Shown: positions 1-9,707 of the stretch, piece by piece | Layout: each line of letters opens with the position of its first letter | Position numbering within the stretch: the stretch's first letter is position 1 | Assembly (NCBI GenBank): GCA_043801585.1 | Contig: JAZDLX010000089.1 | Location: 1-17,460 of the forward strand | DNA length: 17,460 nt | From: a bacterium | Lineage (GTDB): Bacteria; Electryoneota; Electryoneia; Electryoneales; Electryoneaceae | Direction: 5' to 3' | Translations under genes and position numbers: made by a program | The notes under the pieces: generated by a model | Databases searched by the model: none | What the model was told of the DNA's origin: nothing | The model's input: the letters and a program-made list of their open reading frames with translations, nothing else

Positions 1-671
1 CCCGCCATGCCAGCCAACATGGGTGCGATCGACCACGGGAACCATTTTCCCCAACCGGTCATGCCAAACACGTTTCCCATCACCAGCATGAAAATGGTGA
101 AGCCGATCGGCGCCAGGTAGCCTCGGCCGAGCGTCGCGATCCAGGCTACGACTGGAACGAGTAAAAATCCAACGAGCCCGGCGAAGAGGACGTCGCCGCA
201 CGAAGACACCGCGAGCTGCGTCGAGAAACCCTGCAGTCCCAACAGCGCGCCCACCACGAGCCCCTCGGCGATGAGGAGCAGGGTCAGAATGCCGAACCAT
301 ACAAAAATCACGACAAATTTCGCAACCACAAACCAGTGCCGTGGAACCGGCAGTGCGAGCAGATTCTTCGCAGTTTCTTCGGAGTACTCGCGCCCGAACA
401 CATACGCTGTAATGATCGAGAGCAATATCATCCCCCCGGCGCAGGCTTCCTGAATGAGCATGGTGAAGTAAGACGTCCAATCGGCGGACACGCCCGCGAA
501 CCGCGCCTTCTGACCCAACAGTCCAAGTTGCGCGGCGCGTTGCGGTTCCATGACGATCCACATGAACAGCGCCCCGGCGAGCGGCATGATCGAGAACGCG
601 AGCCACGACAGCCAGGTGATCTTGCTGCGTCGCAACTTCAGAAACTCGGTGGCAAGAACTTGTCCCAGCAT
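1..671 (-). CDS. ABC transporter permease, BcrB/ABC-2 family (bacitracin/lantibiotic-resistance type); 3' end runs off the window
   Basis: Not in the ORF track because there is no stop in the window. Translated by hand from ATG 671-669: MLGQVLATEFLKLRRSKITWLSWLAF...AYVFGREYSEETAKNLLALPVPRHWFVVAKF...GKWFPWS. It shows the N-terminal 'E.LKL.R' and 'REY.E.T.KNLL.LP..R....AK' motifs and several hydrophobic helices. The start overlaps the ATPase stop (TAATG). Confidence 0.88.
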   Translation of the reverse strand, partial: MLGQVLATEFLKLRRSKITWLSWLAFSIMPLAGALFMWIVMEPQRAAQLGLLGQKARFAGVSADWTSYFTMLIQEACAGGMILLSIITAYVFGREYSEETAKNLLALPVPRHWFVVAKFVVIFVWFGILTLLLIAEGLVVGALLGLQGFSTQLAVSSCGDVLFAGLVGFLLVPVVAWIATLGRGYLAPIGFTIFMLVMGNVFGMTGWGKWFPWSIAPMLAGMA

Positions 672-1588
672 TACGCTTGCCCTCCAGTCAACCTCATGAA
701 GTGCGCTTCGAGGTCCTCCTCAGCGGGGTACAGGCGTGTGAGGTCGAGACCGTTGTCCACGAGCACCCGTGCAATTTCCGCGGTTCGATCGAGACCGTCG
801 AACACGCGCAGTCCACGCTCAACCGTGCGCTCCACATGTGCGATGCCCAGGTGCTGTGCCAACAGAGCAACAGCCCGATCCGGATTCGACACGGTGATGT
901 CCAGATACATACGGGCCTTGGCGCGCAGTTCATCATAGCTAAGCTCTTCAATGAGCTTGCCGGAGTGCACAATTCCAATGCGGTCGGCGAGGTGCGCCAC
1001 TTCCGCGAGGATATGACTCGACAGGAAAATCGTGACTCCGCGTTCGTTGGCGAGACGGCGCAAAAGACCGCGAATCTCAACGATACCAGCGGGGTCCAAC
1101 CCATTGGCCGGTTCATCCAGCAGGAGCACGTCCGGATGGTGCAAGAGCGCACGGGCAAGAGAGAGCCGCTGCTTGTTGCCGAACGACAACCGTCCGACAC
1201 GGCGGTTCACATACTCGTCGAGGCGCAGAAGCCCAATGGCTTCGGCGACGGCCTCGCTCGGCGCACGGGTCAGTCGGCGCTGGATATCAAGGTTCTCGCG
1301 CACGGTGAGGTTGGGATAGGCGGTCGCAGTCTCGACCAGATAACCGACACGCGCGAAAATACCCTGCTCACCGCGCACGACGCGGGTACCGAGCATCATG
1401 ATATCACCGGCGGTCGGACGAATAAGGCTGAGCAGCATACGGATGGTTGTTGTCTTTCCCGCGCCATTTCGACCCAGGAAAGCGTAAATCTCGCCCCGGT
1501 GAACACTCAGGTCGATGCCGTCAACAGCGCGCACATCGCCGTAGTGCTTGACGAGGCCGTGAGCAACGATGACGGTATCGATTGGCAT
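671..1588 (-). CDS. ABC transporter ATP-binding protein, BcrA-like
   Basis: Walker A GRNGAGKTT, signature LSFGNKQRL, Walker B LLLDEPANGLDP, H-loop LSSHIL, C-terminal EDLEAHF; SD GAGGAG upstream. Confidence 0.93.
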   Translation of the reverse strand: MPIDTVIVAHGLVKHYGDVRAVDGIDLSVHRGEIYAFLGRNGAGKTTTIRMLLSLIRPTAGDIMMLGTRVVRGEQGIFARVGYLVETATAYPNLTVRENLDIQRRLTRAPSEAVAEAIGLLRLDEYVNRRVGRLSFGNKQRLSLARALLHHPDVLLLDEPANGLDPAGIVEIRGLLRRLANERGVTIFLSSHILAEVAHLADRIGIVHSGKLIEELSYDELRAKARMYLDITVSNPDRAVALLAQHLGIAHVERTVERGLRVFDGLDRTAEIARVLVDNGLDLTRLYPAEEDLEAHFMRLTGGQA

Positions 1589-1880
1589 TGCGGCTCCTCA
1601 GCGGCGCCCAGCTGGTGGCCGGTGCTTGCACCGGCATGGTGTGACCTTAATCATCCGCTTGATGGGTCTGATCGACAAGGGCGCCTCCTGAATCGTCAAT
1701 GTCTGGCAGTCGTGGATGACCTTGCAACCGAAATGCAGGTGTTTCTGTCTCGCGGGGTATGCCTCGTCTCGAGGATGAGACGCGGAGAACAGTGTTTCAA
1801 ATTTACGCGATCAACCGTCTGTCGAGTGCGCTTGCCGGCGAGATGCCGCCGAAGGAAAATCCGGGGATCAGGGCCTCAAG

Positions 1881-2306
1881 TTACTCCTCGAGAGTCGCGT
1901 CCATCGTGATCTCCGCGTTGAGAACACGGGAGACCGGGCACCCGGCTTTCGCGTTGTTTGCCGCTGCCACGAATGCCTGCTGATCCATTCCCGGCACTTT
2001 TGCACTGACGTCCAGATGCACCGCCGTAATCGTGAACCCCACATCCGTTTTTTCGATTGTAACGGTTGCGATCGTCCCGATCTTCTCCGCCGTAAATCCG
2101 GCCTTTTCCAACTCACTGGAAAACGCCATCGAGAAACAACCGGCATGAGCCGCCGCAATCAACTCCTCGGGGTTGGTGCCGGCGACATCCTCAAACCGTG
2201 TGCTGAAGGAGTACCGCGCCTCTTTGAGAACGCCGCTCTCGGCGGAGATCGTCCCTTTGCCGCCTTTCAAATTGCCTGTCCATACAGCCGATGCTTTTCG
2301 TTTCAT
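1881..2306 (-). CDS. osmC: OsmC family peroxiredoxin
   Basis: MKRKASAVWTGNLKGGKG, YSFSTRFE, TNPEELIAAAHAGCFSMA and AKAGCPVSRVL (two catalytic Cys); SD GAGGAG. Confidence 0.95.
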   Translation of the reverse strand: MKRKASAVWTGNLKGGKGTISAESGVLKEARYSFSTRFEDVAGTNPEELIAAAHAGCFSMAFSSELEKAGFTAEKIGTIATVTIEKTDVGFTITAVHLDVSAKVPGMDQQAFVAAANNAKAGCPVSRVLNAEITMDATLEE

Positions 2307-2552
2307 GTCGTTTTCTCCTCGAACTGCTCTGGTTCAACTCTTCTTGCCCGTGAAGACATCGAAGCGCTCGATTGCCGTTCACCGATAGGGTAGATGCAGA
2401 GGCCAGTTAATATAACCTAACTTTGTTCCTGCGTGGATTGGTGAGGTCATCCGGACAACCCTCCTGGGGTCAAACGAATTTACCTATGTCCGAGAAATGA
2501 AGAATGGAGGAAGTCATAAGAATCGTGCAGGTGATGGCGACACTGAAACCTG

Positions 2553-3065
2553 TCAGCTTTGATCCAGATCAAGACGGAGAATCAGTTCTTCTGTTTCTTC
2601 GCCGCGTGCGTTGGCGAATCCCTTGTCCTCGCCTGTGATCGTGAAACCGCATTTTTCCAGCACCCGGAGCGAGGCGACATTATCCCTGGCTGCGCGTGCA
2701 TGAATCGGCCGTTCCTTCTGGATTGCGAGAAACTGTGCCAGCGCCGAGCTGGCGATCCCCTTGCCCCAAGATTCCTTGCCGATCCAGTAGGTTACTTCAA
2801 GGTCGCCGAACCGCCGGAAACTGGCGATATGACCGGCCACATCCCCGTCGAAAAGGATGGTCTTGATCACAGTTGCCTGATCACCTCGAATTTTGGTCCA
2901 GTGCGCCAGAAACGCGTCATGGTCGGTTGGATCCTCCGTGGTGAACGCCGCCATGTGATTGGCTTCTGTATCCAGTTGATGTTCGAAAAAATGGGAAAGA
3001 TCGGCGTCCGTGACATCACGAAGCTGGACACGGTCGGATACACTGTTCGGCGCTTTTTTCATCAT
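2553..3065 (-). CDS. GNAT family N-acetyltransferase (RimJ/RimL-like)
   Basis: EVTYWIGKESWGKGIAS acetyl-CoA-binding motif and DNVASLRVLEKCGF. The start could be either of two tandem ATGs. Confidence 0.92.
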   Translation of the reverse strand: MMKKAPNSVSDRVQLRDVTDADLSHFFEHQLDTEANHMAAFTTEDPTDHDAFLAHWTKIRGDQATVIKTILFDGDVAGHIASFRRFGDLEVTYWIGKESWGKGIASSALAQFLAIQKERPIHARAARDNVASLRVLEKCGFTITGEDKGFANARGEETEELILRLDLDQS

Positions 3066-3102
3066 CTTTTTCCCCGGGTTGGATCGGGATCATGAGGAGG
3101 GC

Positions 3103-3132
3103 TATATAGTCAGCAGAGAAAAAAGAACGCAA
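3103..3132 (-). promoter_or_regulatory. Possible sigma70-type promoter for the GNAT gene
   Basis: The minus strand reads TTGCGT-N18-TATATA about 40 nt upstream of the start codon. Confidence 0.3.
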
Positions 3133-3222
3133 TCTGTTTCTATCAAACCTTGATATTTCCTGTGAATCGGATTGCGGAACGGATAGCGATTGTGGGTGGG
3201 GGAGGAAAAGGGCGGGCGAGAA

Positions 3223-3765
3223 ATGTCCGATCTCCATTTGGCGCTGCTTCGAGGGATCAATGTCGGGGGCAAGAACAAGCTCCCAATGGCTGAGTTGACG
3301 GAGATGTTCACCGCCGCAGGTTGCAGTGAGGTCCGGACCTACATCCAGAGCGGCAATATTGTCTTTCGCTCTCCGGGATCTCTTGCCGAGCGTATTCCCG
3401 AACGGATAACCGAGGCCATTCTTGACCGCTTCAACATGCAGATTCCAGTGATAACACGCACGGCGGACGAGCTTCGTGAAATTACGCGAAACAACCCATT
3501 CCTGCAGGCTGGAGCGGATCAGCAGGCCTTGCATGTTGTCTTCCTCAGATCAAGACCCGACGCCGCGAAAGTCGCCTCCCTCGACCCCCACCGTTCATCT
3601 CCGGATAGATATGCCGTCCGCGGAAGGGAGATTTACCTTCACTGCCCCAACGGTTTCGCCCGAACGAAGCTGACGAACGATTACTTTGACAGGACGCTGT
3701 CAACGACGAGTACCGTGCGCAACTGGCGGACGGTGTTGAAGCTTCTTGAAATGGCTGTAAAATAG
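3223..3765 (+). CDS. DUF1697 family protein
   Basis: Signature motifs ALLRGINVGGKNKLPMAEL, VRTYIQSGNIVF and TVRNWRTVLKL. ATG 3223 fits the family N-terminus better than GTG-extended 3190. Confidence 0.92.
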   Translation: MSDLHLALLRGINVGGKNKLPMAELTEMFTAAGCSEVRTYIQSGNIVFRSPGSLAERIPERITEAILDRFNMQIPVITRTADELREITRNNPFLQAGADQQALHVVFLRSRPDAAKVASLDPHRSSPDRYAVRGREIYLHCPNGFARTKLTNDYFDRTLSTTSTVRNWRTVLKLLEMAVK

Positions 3766-3793
3766 TGGAAAATTTTTAACATACTAATAATGC

Positions 3794-3848
3794 ATGAATT
3801 GAAACAGGGATATAATTTCTTTCCAATTCATTAAAAAAGTAGTATAAT
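3794..3848 (+). promoter_or_regulatory. AT-rich promoter region of the kinase operon with an inverted repeat
   Basis: Two TATAAT hexamers (3811-3816, 3843-3848). An 8-bp inverted repeat ATGAATTG (3794-3801)/CAATTCAT (3824-3831) surrounds the first one. Confidence 0.4.
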
Positions 3849-3930
3849 TGGTTTTTTACCTGTTTTCTGGCATATGGGGAAAATTCTGGTTATGTTATTT
3901 CGTATTCCTCGGTTGTCTCTAACCTGAGGA

Positions 3931-6900
3931 GTGATAATAGTGACGAATAAGCCGGAACACGAAGACGGAAGATACAGGATCTTCCTGACAGTTTTTGCGG
4001 TTTTTGCAGGTCTTGCAGGTATTCTTGCTCTGATTGGATGGGGATTTGATCTGTTGATCCTCGCCAAATTGAGTCAGGGAATCAAACCCATGGCTCCGAG
4101 CACCGCCCTCCTGTTTGTCGTCTATTCGGTTCTCATCCTCACACAGGGGTTTTTCCCGTTTCGACCGATTCTGAATCGAATCAATTTTATCGTAAATCTT
4201 ATCGCGATGAGTATTTCACTCATTCTCTTCCTTCTTTCGACGTCGGGAATCCGATTGGGGATCGAGCATCTCGGTTTTACAGCGGAGGATTTCGTCGGCA
4301 ATGTCTCTGTCGGGCATATGTCGCCGATAACAGCACTTTGTTTCTTTCTATCGGGAATCATTTACTGGTTAGTGCTTCCGTCCCCCCGCGGTGAGGCAAT
4401 GGTAAATCGCTACCCGATGCTGGCCAACCGCCTGTCCATCGTCCTCATCGAAGTTGGAACGATCCTGTTTTTTGCCTATCTGCTGAACACGCCGATCCTC
4501 TATGGCACTTCGTTCATTCCCATCGCGGTGGTGACCAGTTTAGCGATCATCAGTCTCGGAATTTCTCTGCTGACGCTCAGCGAACGGTACCGAAAACTGC
4601 ATGGGATACGTGTGGATCCCGGCAGACGCGGATTGTTGCAGAATCTGTCGGTCTTTGCGCTTCTCGCAATCGGGATTGTCCTCCTTGGGATTTCCAGCTA
4701 CAGGACCTTCAAAAACCATTCCATCAGCCAGGTTGAAAAAGAGTTGGCAGCCATCGCAGACTTGAAGACCATCGACATTATCAACTGGCGCCGGGAACAG
4801 ATTGAGGATGCCCTGGGACCGAGCAGGAACATCGTGTTTGCGAATCTGGTTCAACGTTATTTCAGGAATTCAGGCAACCGGGAAGCAGAACGTCTTCTCG
4901 CAGATTGGTTGAAGAATATTCGCATTCACAATGAATTCGAAAGCATTCGGTTATTTGACAGCAGGGGGAAGGTCAGGCTGGTCTATCCACCGGAATCATC
5001 TCGGCTTGACAGTTCTGTGGTGTCGTTGATCAGAGGTGTACTCGAGAATGGAGAAGAAAACCAGCAGGATTTGTACTGGAATGAGTCACAGCAGAAAGTT
5101 TACATGTCCCTGCTGTGTCCTGTTCTCGATCCCAATGATCCTAAGAACGTGTTGGGGGTCCTCAGCTTCCGCATCGATCCGACTACTCATCTGTTTCCTC
5201 TGATCCAGCGCTGGCCGACTCCGAGTCGCTCCGCTGAGACTCTGATTCTGAGGCGTGAGGGCGATGATGTGTTGTTCCTCAACGAGCTGAGGTTTCGAAA
5301 GGACAGCGCAGTCAGATTGAGGATCCCCCTGGAAAGAACGGACGTGTCCGCGGTTCAGGCTGTGTTGGGATACCGGGGTATTTTCCACGGGAAGGACTAT
5401 CGAAATCACGATGTCATCGCTTACATCCGTCCGATTCCCGATTCACCCTGGTTTATGGTCGCACGGATCGACAGGGAAGAAGTCTATGCGCCGTTGAAGA
5501 AGCGGTTGAGCTTCATTATAGCGCTCGTCAGTTTCCTCCTGTTGGCGGCCGGTGGCGGGGTGGAGTACTTCTGGCGGCGGCAACGGCTCTACTTCTTTCA
5601 ACAGCAGATCAGATTATCCCAGGCATTACATGAAAGTGAGGAGCAGTTTCGCAACCTCTATGAAAACTCGACGATCGGACTTTATCGGACAACCCCTGAT
5701 GGAACCATTCTGATGGCGAATGCCGCGTTGATTGACCTCCTCGGATTTTCCTCCTTCGAGGAACTCGCCAAACGGAATCTCGAAGAAGGCGGATTCAGCT
5801 CAACCTATCCCCGTGAACAGTTTCTCCTCCGAATTCAGGAAAAAGATGAAATCAGAGGATTGGAGGCTGCGTGGCTAGACAGGGATGGGGCGGAAATTTA
5901 TATTCGCGAAAGTGCTCGGGTCATCCGCGACGCCAACGGCAACCCTCTCTATCTTGACGGCACTGTTGAGGACATCACCCAGCGGAAATTGGCCGAGGAA
6001 AACCTTCGTGCCAGCGAGGAAAAATACCGAGCATTGGTCGAAAAATCACCCGATGCTATTCTTGTGAACGTGGACAATAGAATCATCCTGGTGAATCAGG
6101 CGTGCCTGCGTCTGTTTGGTGCGAAAACAGAGAACGATCTGTTAGGAAAATCTCCTTTTGACCTGTTTCATCCCGACTATCACGATCTGATCCGTGAGCG
6201 GACAAGGAAACTTATTAAAGAGGGAGAATCCGTCCCTTTTATCGAAGAGAAGATCGTGCGGTTGGATGGACGACTTGTAGATGTCGAAGCGGTTGCCGCA
6301 ACCTTTCCCTTAGGAGGCTCGACAGCTCTCCACGTCATCCTCCGGGACATTACAGAGCGCAAACTGGCTGAAGAGGCGATTCGGGCAGGTGAGATCCGTT
6401 ATCAGGACATCCTCGACAACATGCTCGAGGGGTGCCAGACCATCGGCTTTGACTGGCGCTATCTCTACCTCAACGATGCCGAAGTCATGTATGCCCGTAA
6501 GCCCAGAAATGAGCTGCTGGGTATAACTATAATGGAGCAGTATCCCGGTATTGAATCAACTGAATTGTTCAATGACATGAAGATGACGATGGAAAAGCGG
6601 ATCGCGATACAAAGGGAATATGAGTTCATCTACCCTGACGGGGACAAAAGGTGGTTCGAGCACATTATTCAACCGGTTGAGGAGGGAATCTTTATCCTCT
6701 CTCTCGATACGACGGAGCGAAAACAGATTGAAATGGAAATCCGAAAATTAAACGCGGAGCTTGAGGAAAGGGTGAATGAACGGACAGCACAATTGGAAGC
6801 GACAAACAAGGAACTCGAAGCCTTTGCCTATTCGGTCGCGCACGACCTGCGTGCGCCGCTGCGCGCCATTGGAGGTTTTTCCAGCATCCTTCAGGAAGAA

Positions 6901-7497
6901 AGTGCGGATCGGTTGAACGACGAAGGACGCAGATACTTGAACATCATTTATTCCAACGTTCAGCAGATGGACCAGTTGATCATAGACTTGTTGTCTCTTT
7001 CACGCACTGCACGGTCGGAAATGAATGTCAGGAACATCGATATGACGAAACTGGTCGAGTCCTGTTTTTCAGAAATTGTTCCAGAAGAGGATTCGCATAT
7101 AGAGTTTTCACTCGGATCTCTTCCCAAAGCGCAGTGCGATGCAACGTTGATGCAACGGGTGTGGGTTAACTTGCTCGGAAACGCGGTCAAATTCACCTCC
7201 AAGCGGGAGAAACCTCGCATTGAGGTGAACGGGCACACGGAAGGCCGTAAAAACGTTTACTCTGTCAAGGACAACGGAGCGGGGTTCAACCCGGAGTACA
7301 GTAACAAACTCTTCGGCATCTTCCAGCGGCTTCACCGGGCGAATGAATTTCCGGGGACTGGAATCGGCCTCGCAATTGTACAACGAATCGTCCACAGGCA
7401 CGGTGGTGAGGTGTGGGCGGAGGGGAAAATCGATGAGGGTGCTGTCTTTTCTTTCTCGTTACCAGTGAAGGAGATTGAGTATGAATCGGCAGAATGA
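3931..7497 (+). CDS. Membrane-bound multi-PAS sensor histidine kinase (multi-TM region, extracytoplasmic Cache-like domain, 3 PAS, HisKA, HATPase)
   Basis: About 8 hydrophobic segments. Three PAS/PAC repeats end in DITQRK, DITERK and DTTERK. H-box [18 protein letters not shown]-box [10 protein letters not shown]1 VKDNGAGF, G2 FQRLH...GTGIGLAIV. The true start may be GTG 3940, which is better spaced from GAGGAG. Confidence 0.95.
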   Translation: MIIVTNKPEHEDGRYRIFLTVFAVFAGLAGILALIGWGFDLLILAKLSQGIKPMAPSTALLFVVYSVLILTQGFFPFRPILNRINFIVNLIAMSISLILFLLSTSGIRLGIEHLGFTAEDFVGNVSVGHMSPITALCFFLSGIIYWLVLPSPRGEAMVNRYPMLANRLSIVLIEVGTILFFAYLLNTPILYGTSFIPIAVVTSLAIISLGISLLTLSERYRKLHGIRVDPGRRGLLQNLSVFALLAIGIVLLGISSYRTFKNHSISQVEKELAAIADLKTIDIINWRREQIEDALGPSRNIVFANLVQRYFRNSGNREAERLLADWLKNIRIHNEFESIRLFDSRGKVRLVYPPESSRLDSSVVSLIRGVLENGEENQQDLYWNESQQKVYMSLLCPVLDPNDPKNVLGVLSFRIDPTTHLFPLIQRWPTPSRSAETLILRREGDDVLFLNELRFRKDSAVRLRIPLERTDVSAVQAVLGYRGIFHGKDYRNHDVIAYIRPIPDSPWFMVARIDREEVYAPLKKRLSFIIALVSFLLLAAGGGVEYFWRRQRLYFFQQQIRLSQALHESEEQFRNLYENSTIGLYRTTPDGTILMANAALIDLLGFSSFEELAKRNLEEGGFSSTYPREQFLLRIQEKDEIRGLEAAWLDRDGAEIYIRESARVIRDANGNPLYLDGTVEDITQRKLAEENLRASEEKYRALVEKSPDAILVNVDNRIILVNQACLRLFGAKTENDLLGKSPFDLFHPDYHDLIRERTRKLIKEGESVPFIEEKIVRLDGRLVDVEAVAATFPLGGSTALHVILRDITERKLAEEAIRAGEIRYQDILDNMLEGCQTIGFDWRYLYLNDAEVMYARKPRNELLGITIMEQYPGIESTELFNDMKMTMEKRIAIQREYEFIYPDGDKRWFEHIIQPVEEGIFILSLDTTERKQIEMEIRKLNAELEERVNERTAQLEATNKELEAFAYSVAHDLRAPLRAIGGFSSILQEESADRLNDEGRRYLNIIYSNVQQMDQLIIDLLSLSRTARSEMNVRNIDMTKLVESCFSEIVPEEDSHIEFSLGSLPKAQCDATLMQRVWVNLLGNAVKFTSKREKPRIEVNGHTEGRKNVYSVKDNGAGFNPEYSNKLFGIFQRLHRANEFPGTGIGLAIVQRIVHRHGGEVWAEGKIDEGAVFSFSLPVKEIEYESAE

Positions 7498-7930
7498 AGT
7501 GGAAATACTGCTCGTCGAGGACAATCCCAGCGATGCTGAATTGACCATTCGGGCACTGAAGAAAAAGAATATCGCCAATATCATCCACCACGTCGGGGAT
7601 GGTGAGGAAGCGTTGGATTTCATCTTCGCCCGCGGAAAGTACGGCGACAGAGACATTGAACATGGCCCCACGGTTGTCATTCTTGACTTGAAATTGCCCA
7701 AGGTGAACGGTCTCGAGGTGCTGCGTGAGGTCAAATCTGATCCACGGACTAAATCGATTCCGGTCGTCGTGCTGACATCATCGAACGAAGAGAAGGATAT
7801 TGTCGAAAGTTATCAAATGGGGGTCAACAGCTTTATCACCAAACCGGTTGATTTTGAGAAGTTTGTCACTTCCGTCGAAGAGCTGGGGATGTATTGGTTG
7901 TTGCTCAACCAGCCTCCACCGAAGCAATAG
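7481..7930 (+). CDS. Single-domain response regulator, Rcp1-like
   Basis: [10 protein letters not shown], phosphoacceptor in [22 protein letters not shown] and C-terminal YWLLLN. SD AAGGAG lies 7 nt before ATG 7481, and the gene overlaps the kinase stop. Confidence 0.95.
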   Translation: MNRQNEVEILLVEDNPSDAELTIRALKKKNIANIIHHVGDGEEALDFIFARGKYGDRDIEHGPTVVILDLKLPKVNGLEVLREVKSDPRTKSIPVVVLTSSNEEKDIVESYQMGVNSFITKPVDFEKFVTSVEELGMYWLLLNQPPPKQ

Positions 7931-8306
7931 ACGAGGGATCCATCAAGGTTGGCCAGACCGACTGTTTCCCGTTCCGCCGTTCCGTCAGGCTTCGATGGTT
8001 CTTGGACGGCGAAAAGCGGGGAGGGCGATGGGGGTGCGGGATCGGACAAACAGGGCGTTATTGCGAGGTCTGGGGCGATTTATTATCGGGAGGGAGAGAC
8101 GGTCGGGTGTGAAATGGAAGACAACGTTTTCACTTTTTCATCCAACAATCCGAGGACGATTTCATCGTAGGAACATTCGGATGCAGTGCCGATGTCGTAG
8201 ATGTGCAGTGTCCCGCCTTTCTTCTCGCACAACTCAAGTGCCTCTTGGTCCTCTCCACTGGCCGCGGCAAAACATCCAATCGAGGGTGATGGCAGGTCTG
8301 CCGCGC

Positions 8307-9533
8307 TCAGCCCACGCGGAATTGTTTTCTCCAGGTTTTCGCGACGAGCCCATCCCGTTCAGCCTGCTCGATGGTGTGGAGTGCCCGTTTCACAACCGGT
8401 GCGTCGATCATCTTGCTCCCCATGCTGACGACCCCCAGTCCTTTCTTCTCGGCTGCTTCGAAAGCGACCACGATTTGCTGGGCTTTCGCGATTTCGTCCG
8501 ATGTGGGGGCGAAGCCGTCGTGCACGACCGCTATCTGGCGGGGGTGGATACACCCCTTTCCTTCAAAACCGAGGGCTTTCGCTTCGCGCACAGAGGCGAG
8601 CAGACCTTCCCTGTCGCTGACATCCGAGAACACCGTATCGATCGCCTGAACGCCAGCGGCTTTCGCACCGTTGATCACCTGCTGCCGCGCCCAGAGGGAT
8701 TCACGCCCTTCGACGGTTCGCTGCACTCCGAGGTCAGCCGTATAATCCTCGAGGCCGATGGTCAGGGCGACGATATTTTCCGAAGCGCTGGCGATGTCAT
8801 AGGCGAACCAGGCGCCTTTGGCGGATTCCACAATGGGCATCAGCCAGATCGGACGTGAGACCCCGTGACCTTTTTTTACTTCGCGTAACGCTTCATCGAA
8901 TCTCTGCAACTCCTCTCGCGACTCGATCTTCGGGATAAGGATCAGATCGACCCCGTAGGGTACGATGAAGGGCAGATCATCGATGCCGTGCTGTCCCTGG
9001 TTGACACGGATCATCTTCTCCGATCCGCCAAAATCGAGATGGCGGAGGGCGTTCCTGGCGATGATTCGTGCGGCGTCCTTTTCCCCGGGTGAGACGGAAT
9101 CCTCGAGATCGAGAATCAATCCATCCGGCCGGTGCATCGCTGCATTGATCATGAATTTCGGGCTGTTCCCAGGGAGGTAAAGCCGGCTGCGGCGTGGACG
9201 GCGGCGGTCGCTCGGTTTCCGGCTGGGACCGGACGGCGGCAGCCAGGGAGCGTGGTCACGGGTCGGTTCCAGCCTGCAGATTGCGGCTTCAAGACGGGCC
9301 ATCAGGACAAAGGGGAGCGCACCCTGGTCCTCGACTTCAACGACGGCATGGTCGAACCCGAAGTGGGCCAGCCCTTCGTGGATCAGCTCTTCGATCGACT
9401 CGCCGTAGAGGGATTCGACCTTGCTCCGCAATTTCACGACAGGTCCGCCGGTGGATGTCCTTGTCACCGAAATCCAGGCGTCGGAACGTACATCGCTGCC
9501 GCGAGGTCCGGCTTCAGCGCTCTTCTTCGCCAT
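8307..9533 (-). CDS. citE: Citrate lyase acyl-carrier (CitD-like) domain fused to citryl-CoA/ACP lyase beta subunit (CitE; HpcH/HpaI family)
   Basis: The real start is ATG 9533 with SD AGGGAG (408 aa). The N-terminal ~90 aa (AGPRGSDVRSD...LYGESI...VEDQGALPFVLMARLEAAI) parallels CitD (AGTLESGD...QFGDAI...VDDKGALDCILRARLEA). The C-terminal part has the CitE motifs RRSRLYLPGN, LILDLEDSV, IRVN, LIPK, IGLEDYTADLG, GKGCIHPRQI and MIDAPVV. Confidence 0.9.
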   Translation of the reverse strand: MAKKSAEAGPRGSDVRSDAWISVTRTSTGGPVVKLRSKVESLYGESIEELIHEGLAHFGFDHAVVEVEDQGALPFVLMARLEAAICRLEPTRDHAPWLPPSGPSRKPSDRRRPRRSRLYLPGNSPKFMINAAMHRPDGLILDLEDSVSPGEKDAARIIARNALRHLDFGGSEKMIRVNQGQHGIDDLPFIVPYGVDLILIPKIESREELQRFDEALREVKKGHGVSRPIWLMPIVESAKGAWFAYDIASASENIVALTIGLEDYTADLGVQRTVEGRESLWARQQVINGAKAAGVQAIDTVFSDVSDREGLLASVREAKALGFEGKGCIHPRQIAVVHDGFAPTSDEIAKAQQIVVAFEAAEKKGLGVVSMGSKMIDAPVVKRALHTIEQAERDGLVAKTWRKQFRVG

Positions 9534-9630
9534 GCTTGCACTCCCTCGCTTATCTGCTGGCGAAGGCCAAGATACGCATCTCCCGGAAGATGAACCAGAG
9601 GCGGCCTCGCAGGGTGGGTGGGGAACGGCC

Positions 9631-9659
9631 TTGTCAGGAGACGCCGTATCCTGTAGCTT
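9631..9659 (+). promoter_or_regulatory. Sigma70-type promoter for the small ORF at 9708
   Basis: TTGTCA (9631-9636)-N17-TAGCTT (9654-9659). Confidence 0.5.
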
Positions 9660-9707
9660 GCTGTATCCGAAGTTCTCCAAGGCAGTTCTCTGTGAAAGGG
9701 AAAGAGG

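Noticed and set aside
336..1909. Plus-strand 200-aa and 410-aa ORFs
   Set aside because: They are antisense shadows of the ABC transporter genes with no recognisable motifs.
7966..8022. Imperfect GC-rich hairpin after the response regulator as a terminator
   Set aside because: It has many mismatches, a large loop and no U-tract.
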